This document shows, one piece after another, positions 8,675 to 16,468 of a DNA stretch of 28,775 bases. Both the position numbers and the translations under genes were made by a program. The stretch lies in IMG/VR virus record IMGVR_UViG_3300033076_000727, positions 1-28,775 of that record; one strand, 5' to 3'. The notes beneath the pieces were generated by a model, which had not been told where the DNA came from, did not search any database, and saw only the letters and a list, made by a program, of their open reading frames with translations. The stretch is from a virus (lineage: Duplodnaviria; Caudoviricetes). Numbering within the stretch: the first letter of the stretch is position 1; each line of letters starts with the position of its first letter.

Positions 8675-9202
8675 TTGAATATCTTTTACATCGACCGTGA
8701 CCCAGAACAAGCTGCCCGTTGGATGGTTGACAAGCACGTTGTCAAAATGATCCTAGAGTCAGCACAATTGCTTTCAACCGCACACCGTGTCCTTGACGGT
8801 AAGGAATACGTTGACTCCTCGTCGGGTCGTCGCATCAAGCGTTGGCAGTTGTCTGACGACCGCGAAAATATCCTATACAAAGCAACCCATGTCAATCACC
8901 CGTCTGCGGTGTGGTGTCGCACATCAGTCAGCAACTACATCTGGTTGTCTGACCACTTCTATGCATTGCTTGGCGAGTATACGCATCGCTACGGCAAGGT
9001 CCATAAGTGTCAGTCGATGGCTTACACTCTGCAGTCTCCGCCGCTCAACCTTAAAGAATGGGACGAAACTCCCATGTTGTGTGCTATGGACGACAAGTAT
9101 ATCATCTCTGATGATCCTGTCGAAAATTACCGCAATTACTATCGTCAAGGTAAGAAAGATCTGCATAAGTGGACTAATGCCTTTGCACCGAATTGGATTT
9201 GA
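8675..9202 (+). CDS. Pyrimidine-dimer DNA glycosylase / endonuclease V-like family protein
   Basis: MNIFYIDRDP...DKHVVKMILESAQLLSTAHR, YKATHVNHPSAVW, EYTHRYGKVH; AGGAG plus TTG start. Confidence 0.8.
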   Translation: MNIFYIDRDPEQAARWMVDKHVVKMILESAQLLSTAHRVLDGKEYVDSSSGRRIKRWQLSDDRENILYKATHVNHPSAVWCRTSVSNYIWLSDHFYALLGEYTHRYGKVHKCQSMAYTLQSPPLNLKEWDETPMLCAMDDKYIISDDPVENYRNYYRQGKKDLHKWTNAFAPNWI

Positions 9203-9208
9203 TAAATA
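9202..9208 (+). promoter_or_regulatory. T4-like late promoter (GATAAATA) heading the five-gene cassette
   Basis: Motif about 30 nt upstream of the ATG at 9241, with an AGGAG RBS in between. Confidence 0.65.
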
Positions 9209-9240
9209 CATGAAAATATCATTCACATTAGGAGATTTTT

Positions 9241-10314
9241 ATGTTATCTTTCAAAGGATTTTTGATTGAGGGCAAACTGAACGCCAAGGCGGGCAACCCA
9301 GACAATTTCGACATCCACGGATCCAAATATGAAACTGAGGGTGACCGCCACGCTCAGAAATATATCGGCAAATATCTGCCAGGCAAGCCCGGACATGCAG
9401 AGGGAACTCATACGACATCCGCTGACATCTCGCCCGAAATCAAAAAAGGTGATAGCGTAACTATCCATGGGCATGAAATCGTAAATGGCAAGCATCACGC
9501 AATCGTATCTGCTGCAAATTCTTCTAATAAAGTTTCCGTTCCTATTGCTAAATTAAATAAACCTACAGGTGCTACTAGCGTAGAGAATGAGGGTCACAAA
9601 TACGAGAAAGCGACGTTTGAAAGATTCAAAGCACATGGTTTAGTCCCCGAAGGATTTAATCCTGCAGGGTCAACAGCTGGAACAGATGTTCCCATTATCA
9701 ACAAACGTAAAAAGACACAACACCAAGGACGCATCGTCGCAGAAAAGGGTCTGTTGTCAGGTGAAGTCAAAAAAGATACGACTGCAGCATTCGGCCAAAT
9801 CACTGTAAGACATGATCCTGCAAAGGGTGGTTGGCATATTCCTGACAGCGCGAGAGCAAAGAGACCAGAATACGCAGCAGCTGTAGAAAAGGCAGGTCTC
9901 ATTGACCATCTAAATAAAACTGTGCCAGATCCTTCTAAAGCTACAACAACAAATTCAGGCAGAGCTAAAACTGAAAGAATCCCTCACCCAGACTTAGCAC
10001 CGGCAGAATCATATTTGAAAGATCACCATGTTGACGTTTTACATGTGGGCGGTGGTCATGGAACATATCGAGTTGGTGATACTGACACAACTGGACACGG
10101 CTTGCCTAGATTGTCAGGAAAGGGTTTGTGGTCAATTCGTCAAAAACAAACGGGTGCTAACGCAGGATCTTCCAGAACAATCATGTTCCAGCCACACGGC
10201 AAGGGTGGGCTGGTCAACAGTCATGTCAATTTGGACAATGATGACCATATGGATAAGTTTAAGCGAACATTAGGTCATAATGGAGGACCTGCATTTGATC
10301 CTTCTAAAGAGTGA
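9241..10314 (+). CDS. Putative capsid-targeted PD-(D/E)XK-fold nuclease-like protein
   Basis: N-terminus MLSFKGFLIE; GHKYE...GTDVP...GEVKK...FGQ pattern consistent with a restriction-endonuclease fold. Confidence 0.5.
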   Translation: MLSFKGFLIEGKLNAKAGNPDNFDIHGSKYETEGDRHAQKYIGKYLPGKPGHAEGTHTTSADISPEIKKGDSVTIHGHEIVNGKHHAIVSAANSSNKVSVPIAKLNKPTGATSVENEGHKYEKATFERFKAHGLVPEGFNPAGSTAGTDVPIINKRKKTQHQGRIVAEKGLLSGEVKKDTTAAFGQITVRHDPAKGGWHIPDSARAKRPEYAAAVEKAGLIDHLNKTVPDPSKATTTNSGRAKTERIPHPDLAPAESYLKDHHVDVLHVGGGHGTYRVGDTDTTGHGLPRLSGKGLWSIRQKQTGANAGSSRTIMFQPHGKGGLVNSHVNLDNDDHMDKFKRTLGHNGGPAFDPSKE

Positions 10315-10319
10315 GCATC

Positions 10320-11273
10320 ATGTTGAGATTTAAATCATTCATAGCTGAAAGTATCCGCCAAGGATTGCCGCACATTACTACAATGGATCATGATCAATTT
10401 TCTAGATTGACAAAAGATGGCAAAGTTAAAATTTCATCTGCTACGGAAAAAACTGATGGCTCAACATTCCTGATGGGACATGATGAAAATGGGTTCTATA
10501 CTCAGTCTTCGGGTTCAGGTAGCGAAAAGATGCGTAAACCTGAAGATTATATTGAACGTGCTAAGCGTAGAAGTCAAGAAACAGGTAAACCATTAGAATT
10601 GACTGGCGTCAATGCGTTTGCTGCTGCCCATGCTGCGTTGCAGAAGAACAAACCTTTGTTGCAGCATCTTCAATCAACCGCTGAACGTAGCGGAGGCGAA
10701 ACAAAACTTCGCGGAGAATTGTTTTCGAGAGCGCTCGCAAGACCTTCTGAAGTCCCTGGCGAAATCAAATTTGTCGGAACGTCATATCATCCTGAGCATA
10801 TGGGATCTGTTGGCAAGTTTGTTATTCACACTCGCCTTCCTGAGAATCAACACCACGAAGTTGAAAAGTTCAAGAAAGAATTGTCAACCCCTGAAATGAA
10901 TTTTGATGATGATAACATCAAGAATTTCAAACCAGGTGAAGTAGATGTATCAAAGCATCTTGAAGGCATGAAAGATATTAATACTGAAGCGTTGAACGCC
11001 AAGGGTAGATTGAAGCCTGAAAAGGCTGCTGCAAAAGCGGAAGAAACTGCTAAGTTCGAGAAGGTGAAGAAAGCAGTATCAGACGCTGTAGATAAACATG
11101 TCAAATCAATGGGCATCATGCCGAAGTGGGGTTCGGGTAGTGAAGGACTCGTCGTGCATCCTGAAGAAGGTTCTGAGGCACCTCGTTTCAAAATTACGTC
11201 TGACGCATTCCGTGCATACAAAGCATCAGACGAATCAAAGAATTTCAAGAATAGAACAACAGGTGCAAAATGA
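10320..11273 (+). CDS. Putative capsid-targeted ATP-dependent (RNA) ligase-like covalent nucleotidyltransferase
   Basis: Motif I TEKTDG, motif III RGELF, motif IV EGLVV, motif V FKIT; ATG at 10320 gives MLRFKSFIAE (ORF track opens at 10311). Confidence 0.7.
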   Translation: MLRFKSFIAESIRQGLPHITTMDHDQFSRLTKDGKVKISSATEKTDGSTFLMGHDENGFYTQSSGSGSEKMRKPEDYIERAKRRSQETGKPLELTGVNAFAAAHAALQKNKPLLQHLQSTAERSGGETKLRGELFSRALARPSEVPGEIKFVGTSYHPEHMGSVGKFVIHTRLPENQHHEVEKFKKELSTPEMNFDDDNIKNFKPGEVDVSKHLEGMKDINTEALNAKGRLKPEKAAAKAEETAKFEKVKKAVSDAVDKHVKSMGIMPKWGSGSEGLVVHPEEGSEAPRFKITSDAFRAYKASDESKNFKNRTTGAK

Positions 11274-12175
11274 TCAGATTTAAACAATTCATTCTTGAAG
11301 GTGGGAATATCAAAGTAAAAGACGCAGAAGGCAAGGAAGTTGCCGCTGCGCCTTTTGCAGTTAAAAATAGAACAGAGCAGGCAGGAGATGTTCATGATGC
11401 ACTTCATGCGTTGCATGACTCATTCCATGCTGAAACAGGAAATCACCTATTCGGCAAAGATACTGCTGCGTTGAAATCGGGATCTGCATATTCTGGGTCC
11501 ACTAGACAATTCATGAACAAAGACCCTAAAGCGGGTAACATCAGCGACAAAGAATTTGCTAAACACAAACCCACTGTCGGCGACGTTGACGTTCAAGTTC
11601 CTAAAGAACACAAAGATGCGCTACATGCACATCTAACTTCTAACATTGGTAAACGTTTTGGCAAATACACACTTGTCGGCATCAAAAAATCAGGCAATGA
11701 AACTCATGCGGTTATGCGTCATGACAATGGCGAGCATCATCAGTTTGACTTTGAGCATGTCCAATATCACGGACATGAACCTGCAGAGCATGAGCAGTTC
11801 CTACATAGTTCTTCGTGGGAAGATGCAAAGAATGGCGTCAAAGGTGCGCATCACAAGATTCTATTGAATGCTGTTGCGTCTGCGTCTGATAAGAAATTCT
11901 CTATCACTCACGGATTACGTTCAAGAACAAACGCAGATGATCCGGGTGTTGCAGCCCCTAAAGAAGTTTCCAAATCTTTGTTTGGTCCTAAAGCAGATCA
12001 CGAAAAGGTCAATTCGTTTGTGGGTCTCGCTGATTCTATTAAGAAGCATATTCCTGCTGAACAACATCAAGCAATCTATGACAAGTTCAAAGGCAGCATG
12101 GCAAGCAACAAAAATGTTGACAGCACGAAAGCAATTGCTCACCTGAAGTCAACTCTAGGAACAAAGGACGAGTAA
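11270..12175 (+). CDS. Putative capsid-targeted pol-beta superfamily nucleotidyltransferase
   Basis: YSGS...GDVDVQV (GS plus DxD) and a third acidic strand HQFDF; N-terminus MIRFKQFILE. Confidence 0.65.
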   Translation: MIRFKQFILEGGNIKVKDAEGKEVAAAPFAVKNRTEQAGDVHDALHALHDSFHAETGNHLFGKDTAALKSGSAYSGSTRQFMNKDPKAGNISDKEFAKHKPTVGDVDVQVPKEHKDALHAHLTSNIGKRFGKYTLVGIKKSGNETHAVMRHDNGEHHQFDFEHVQYHGHEPAEHEQFLHSSSWEDAKNGVKGAHHKILLNAVASASDKKFSITHGLRSRTNADDPGVAAPKEVSKSLFGPKADHEKVNSFVGLADSIKKHIPAEQHQAIYDKFKGSMASNKNVDSTKAIAHLKSTLGTKDE

Positions 12176-12176
12176 C

Positions 12177-12788
12177 ATGCTATCATTCATTAAGTTCCTG
12201 TTGCGTGAAGAAGATGAACAACACGCTTCTGTCATTCCGATGGTTGGGTTTAGTCCTATCTCACACATGGGTCATGCAAAAGACCTAGGTGGGTCACTTG
12301 CAAAACTTCCAGGTGAAAAACATATCGGCATCTCATCAAAGGCAGATGCATTTTCGCCAGAAGAACGCAAAGGCATTCTAGAGAAGCAGTGGGGTAAGGG
12401 CAAGGTCAAAGTTCACATTGCAGGCGGCGCGGGTGAGTCAATCCGTGCAGCACATGACTCTATGGAGGGATCAGGACCCAAGCACCTACATATTCTTGTC
12501 GGCGCTGACAGAAAATCTTTCGCTGAGGGGTTGAAAAAATCTCTAGAGGCGGGTAAAATAAAAGAGATGGAAGGACGTAAGTTTGATTCCATCACTATTC
12601 ATACGCCAGAAGATTCTGATCGCAGTCACGGAATGTCAGGAACGAAAATGCGTGCTGCTGCCCATGAAGGTAACGAAGAAGAATTCCATCGTCACCTCGG
12701 ACCTATGTTCTCTCGTAAAGAGTCAAATGAAGTCATGGGTAAGGTCAAGGCAGGCATTGATTCTGGCAAGATACCACTAAAGAGATGA
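12177..12788 (+). CDS. Putative capsid-targeted HIGH-superfamily nucleotidyltransferase (cytidylyl/adenylyltransferase-like)
   Basis: GFSPISHMGH (HxGH), ILVGADR, MSGTKMR; N-terminus MLSFIKFLLRE. Confidence 0.75.
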   Translation: MLSFIKFLLREEDEQHASVIPMVGFSPISHMGHAKDLGGSLAKLPGEKHIGISSKADAFSPEERKGILEKQWGKGKVKVHIAGGAGESIRAAHDSMEGSGPKHLHILVGADRKSFAEGLKKSLEAGKIKEMEGRKFDSITIHTPEDSDRSHGMSGTKMRAAAHEGNEEEFHRHLGPMFSRKESNEVMGKVKAGIDSGKIPLKR

Positions 12789-13399
12789 CAATGAAAACAT
12801 TCAGCGAATATCTACTCACAGAAAAAAGCATTCATTACTTTGACGTTGACAAGACGTTGATGCACACTGATGCAACTAAAGTGCATGTCAATGACCCATC
12901 AGGTAAAAGAGTAGCGTCATTGGATCCACAAGAATACAATCACCACACATTGCCTGCGGGTCATAGTTATGATTACTCAGAGTTTCGCTCAGCAAAGAAT
13001 TTCGAGAAGGCAAAACCTATTCGCAAAGTACTTGCAAAAATGAAAGCAATTCACAAGAACGGCGGAAAGACAGAAATCCTAACTGCACGTTCTGACTTTG
13101 ACGATAAGCACGCCTTCGCAAAGACCTGGAAGAAATATGGTGTTGACATTAGTCCCGGCAAGACGCATGTTCGCCGTGCTGGCAATATCCCTCTGCCGAC
13201 ACCCGAAGCAAAGGCGAAAGTGATCTCAGATGCCATCAAAAAAGATGGACATAAAGAAGTTCATCTGTATGACGATCACAAGCCTAATATTGATGCTATG
13301 CTTGCGCTGAAAAAAGAACATCCTGATGTTTCGTTCCACGGACATCATGTAGAACATCAACCTGACGGCGAAGTCAAATTAACACATTATAAGGCGTAA
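12785..13399 (+). CDS. Putative capsid-targeted HAD-superfamily phosphatase (Pnkp 3'-phosphatase-like)
   Basis: FDVDKTL (DxD), ILTARS, conserved Lys region EAKAK, LYDDH; second ATG at 12791 gives MKTFSEYLLTE. Confidence 0.75.
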   Translation: MTMKTFSEYLLTEKSIHYFDVDKTLMHTDATKVHVNDPSGKRVASLDPQEYNHHTLPAGHSYDYSEFRSAKNFEKAKPIRKVLAKMKAIHKNGGKTEILTARSDFDDKHAFAKTWKKYGVDISPGKTHVRRAGNIPLPTPEAKAKVISDAIKKDGHKEVHLYDDHKPNIDAMLALKKEHPDVSFHGHHVEHQPDGEVKLTHYKA

Positions 13400-13401
13400 T
13401 C

Positions 13402-14118
13402 ATGGGCGTTAAATTTTTCATAACAGAAGAACGTATCAACATTGCAAGAGGGCTAGTCACGGGTGCAACATGGCTCCATCGTTTAGGATTCATACCATCA
13501 TTGCCTAATGGCACTGAAACAGTTATCATGTCGGGTGGTATCACATCAGGAAGATATACATTTCCTGCTGCAGCGTCAACAATGAACGTAGTATCTACTA
13601 GTGCATCAGATGACGCAACTAAACAAGTTCTAGTTTCAGGACTTGACGCTAACTATAGTCCTATATCAGAAACAATAACACTAAACGGCACTACTAACGT
13701 TGCTACAACAAAGTCCTATCTTAGAATCCAGCGCTTGAGCGTTATAGGATCAAATACTATCGTCGGCAACGTCACAATCAGAAACACTGATGTTCTTGCG
13801 TGTTTGCGGGACGGCGATGGACAATCATTACAAGGTGTGTATACCATTCCTAAAGGCACTACGGGTTATTTGACACAGATATCGGCATCAGTGCCGAAGG
13901 GTGGCGACGCAACATTTAGACTATATTCTAAATCTGCAAACGCATCACCTTTTGCTAGACACATATTTGCATTGAGTGCTACGACTTATTCGTATGAATT
14001 TCCGTATCCCACTGTCCTTCCTGAAAAAACGGACATCGAAATGACAGCGCTATCAACAACTGGCGGTGCTTCAGCCACAGGGACCTTTGACATTCTACTC
14101 GTGACCAACCCAGCCTGA
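13402..14118 (+). CDS. Probable virion structural protein (Thr/Ser/Gly-rich, beta-strand-like)
   Basis: 238 aa ORF; composition and motifs (GLDANY, ETITLNGTT, YTIPKG) typical of phage structural proteins. Confidence 0.5.
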   Translation: MGVKFFITEERINIARGLVTGATWLHRLGFIPSLPNGTETVIMSGGITSGRYTFPAAASTMNVVSTSASDDATKQVLVSGLDANYSPISETITLNGTTNVATTKSYLRIQRLSVIGSNTIVGNVTIRNTDVLACLRDGDGQSLQGVYTIPKGTTGYLTQISASVPKGGDATFRLYSKSANASPFARHIFALSATTYSYEFPYPTVLPEKTDIEMTALSTTGGASATGTFDILLVTNPA

Positions 14119-14152
14119 TAGCGGCAATGCAATAAACGCATAACATATTTTC

Positions 14153-14200
14153 ATAAATACTGATATAACGAATCGTCGCCGCATAATGTGGGCGACGATT
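14153..14200 (+). promoter_or_regulatory. Late promoter (CATAAATA) followed by a leader hairpin
   Basis: ATAAATA at 14153-14159; AATCGTCGCC/GGCGACGATT perfect 10-bp stem at 14171-14200. Confidence 0.55.
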
Positions 14201-14224
14201 TTATTTTGTCGAAAGGAAAAACAA

Positions 14225-14383
14225 ATGATACACGCTATAATCGCAACACTATTCAAAGCAAAAAAAGTAAAAGACTCTGACATTCGCAGATGGGCAGAAA
14301 TCGAATACAAGAAAGATGCATCATTCGCATACAACTATATGTTGCAGAACGGATCTATGCCGGATTTGAAACTTAACCGTTAA
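14225..14383 (+). CDS. Small hypothetical protein (52 aa)
   Basis: AAAGGA RBS before the ATG at 14225; MIHAIIATLF...RRWAEIEYKKDASFAY. Confidence 0.65.
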   Translation: MIHAIIATLFKAKKVKDSDIRRWAEIEYKKDASFAYNYMLQNGSMPDLKLNR

Positions 14384-14388
14384 ATTGT

Positions 14389-14503
14389 TATAAATAACAT
14401 CATCTGGTCAGGGCACGCCAATCCCAGATCAGATTCTTGTTGTTTTTAGCCACGACAAGGATCTGTTTTAATTTTTCGGATCAGTCTAAGGAAAACTCCG
14501 ATG
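14389..14503 (+). promoter_or_regulatory. Late promoter TATAAATA plus structured 5' leader
   Basis: Perfect TATAAATA at 14389-14396; three hairpins at 14402-14429, 14430-14465 and 14476-14501. Confidence 0.65.
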
Positions 14504-15592
14504 GAACAAGTAGATAAGAATAAAAAAGACCTCAAAAAGACCAAATCGGTCAAATCTGTTATTAACACCAATCCTCAGCTCCCTGGTGTCGTGGAAAGCG
14601 GTCCTGTCGTGGCTAAAACTCCCCTCGCTGAGAGAATGCTACGCTTAGCGCAAAAGAATAAATTGCGTATAGCAGAATCAGCATTCACTATGTCACAAGA
14701 AACAGTCGATCTATTCATTGATGCTGTTTTGACAGAGCAACTAGACGACAAATTGGAAAAGTTGCTCAAAGTAGGTTTAGGAGACAAAGATCAACTAAAC
14801 AAATACAGACAAGCATTGTCGAATCCTAGTGACGCTGTAAAGACAGTTGTGTTGCGCAAATATATTGTTGACGTTTTGGATAAGTTGATGAAACTTGTCA
14901 GTGACGATCCTGTTATGTATCAGCGTGCAGTTGCAAATCTTCAGAAGAAAAGACATCTGAAAGAATCTGCAGTTACAGTTGCACTCAAAAGAAAATCCGA
15001 AAAATCAGAATACGACTTCGAAACACTCGCAGAAGTGTATTATCGCGGCGTGCAATCATGGAATGCTAGAAAAAGTGGCACTCCTATGCAATACGGCTTC
15101 AGTCGTGTCAATTCATTTATTAGTGGCGGTCGTGCAGCACAGATTGATGAAGATCTAAAAGTGCGCGACAAAGCACATACCACCCGCGCAGACTCTAAGG
15201 TCATCGCGCTACATCGCCCGGGTGAACCTGCTAAATTTGTCAGAAGAAATAACGGCGAAATCAAGATCAATGAAAAGTCGAGTAATCCTTTCATTGACAC
15301 CACACCCACGTTGAAAAAGAAACCAACGGGTAGAGAAATCAATGTCATCAAAAACAAATCTATGGATCCGATGTCTGAAGGCAACGTTGATCCTAAAAAG
15401 CGTTTGATCGGCACGAAATCGCTGACAAATACATATAAAAAAGACACTCCGGGGGAGAAGAAAATAACTGAAACTACTACAGGTGGATTCGGTAAAAAAG
15501 TTGAGGTTTCAGACGTTCCTGTTCGCATGATTACTGGAAAAATTAAGCGCCTCCCCCCTGCAAAAAGTTCAAGTTCTAAGGGGGGCGATTGA
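14501..15592 (+). CDS. Late hypothetical protein with a DUF5824-like central domain, probable internal head protein
   Basis: LKRKSEKS...EVYYRG...W...TPMQYGFSRVNSFISGG segment; Lys-rich; repeated (I/L/V)xE sites. Confidence 0.55.
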   Translation: MEQVDKNKKDLKKTKSVKSVINTNPQLPGVVESGPVVAKTPLAERMLRLAQKNKLRIAESAFTMSQETVDLFIDAVLTEQLDDKLEKLLKVGLGDKDQLNKYRQALSNPSDAVKTVVLRKYIVDVLDKLMKLVSDDPVMYQRAVANLQKKRHLKESAVTVALKRKSEKSEYDFETLAEVYYRGVQSWNARKSGTPMQYGFSRVNSFISGGRAAQIDEDLKVRDKAHTTRADSKVIALHRPGEPAKFVRRNNGEIKINEKSSNPFIDTTPTLKKKPTGREINVIKNKSMDPMSEGNVDPKKRLIGTKSLTNTYKKDTPGEKKITETTTGGFGKKVEVSDVPVRMITGKIKRLPPAKSSSSKGGD

Positions 15593-16026
15593 TGCTTAGT
15601 TTTTCAGAATTCATAACTGAGAAAAACGGGTTGTGGGATAACATTAACGCAAAACGTGAACGCATTAAAAATGGTTCGGGTGAGAGAATGCGTAAACCTG
15701 GTTCAAAGGGTGCGCCGACAAAACAAGATTTCGAAAACTCTCAAGTAAAAGAATCTGCTGCATGGCAACGCAAAGAGGGTAAAAATCCTGAAGGCGGACT
15801 CAACCAAAAAGGCGTTGAATCCTATAGAAGAGAAAATCCTGGTTCAAAACTGAAAACCGCAGTAACGACTAAACCTTCAAAATTGAAACCTGGTTCTAAA
15901 GCAGCGAAAAGAAGAAAATCATTTTGCGCTAGAATGAGCGGTATGAAGAAAAGACTGACGTCTGCTAAAACAGCAAATGATCCAAACTCACGCATCAACA
16001 AATCACTAAGAAAATGGAATTGCTAA
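15589..16026 (+). CDS. Highly basic protein (DUF6321-like) with a capsid-targeting-like N-terminus
   Basis: MLSFSEFITE; AAWQRKEGKNPEGGLN, RRKSFCARM, SRINKSLRKWNC. Confidence 0.65.
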   Translation: MMLSFSEFITEKNGLWDNINAKRERIKNGSGERMRKPGSKGAPTKQDFENSQVKESAAWQRKEGKNPEGGLNQKGVESYRRENPGSKLKTAVTTKPSKLKPGSKAAKRRKSFCARMSGMKKRLTSAKTANDPNSRINKSLRKWNC

Positions 16027-16027
16027 C

Positions 16028-16465
16028 ATGGATGAATTTATCGAACAGATGAAAACGGTACTCGCAAATACTTTTGCGTTTTACCTGAAAGCACACAACT
16101 TCCACTGGAACGTTGAAGGTCCTAATTTCAAAGAATATCACGGATTCTTTGATGACCTATATAACGAAACATGGGGTGCAGTTGACGCAATCGCAGAACA
16201 CATTCGCACACTAGATGCATATGTTCCAGGTTCACTAGGTCGTTTCCGTGAACTGTCTCAAATTCAAGATGAAGTCAATGTGCCTGACGCTCATGGCATG
16301 TTCACTAAGCTAGAAGACGACAACAAAAAAATCATTACTTCACTGAAGATCGCACAGAAGACTGCAGAACAAGTCGGTTCTGTTGGCATCGCAAACTTCC
16401 TACAAGATCGCATAGATATTCATGAGAAGCATGGATGGATGATGCGTGCTACCATAAAGAGATAA
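16028..16465 (+). CDS. dps: Dps / ferritin-like DNA protection protein
   Basis: HNFHWNVEGPNF...HGFFDDLY...DAIAEHIR and HEKHGWMM ferroxidase motifs. Confidence 0.92.
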   Translation: MDEFIEQMKTVLANTFAFYLKAHNFHWNVEGPNFKEYHGFFDDLYNETWGAVDAIAEHIRTLDAYVPGSLGRFRELSQIQDEVNVPDAHGMFTKLEDDNKKIITSLKIAQKTAEQVGSVGIANFLQDRIDIHEKHGWMMRATIKR

Positions 16466-16468
16466 CCC

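Noticed and set aside
13402-13431. MGVKFFITEE as another capsid-targeting peptide
   Set aside because: Only a partial match (no Phe at position 4), and the protein lacks the His/Lys-rich composition; it looks like an external structural protein
14402-14501. Assignment of the leader to c-di-GMP-I or guanidine-II (mini-ykkC) riboswitches
   Set aside because: It lacks the GNRA/receptor and GCAAA core of c-di-GMP-I and the paired ACGR tetraloops of guanidine-II
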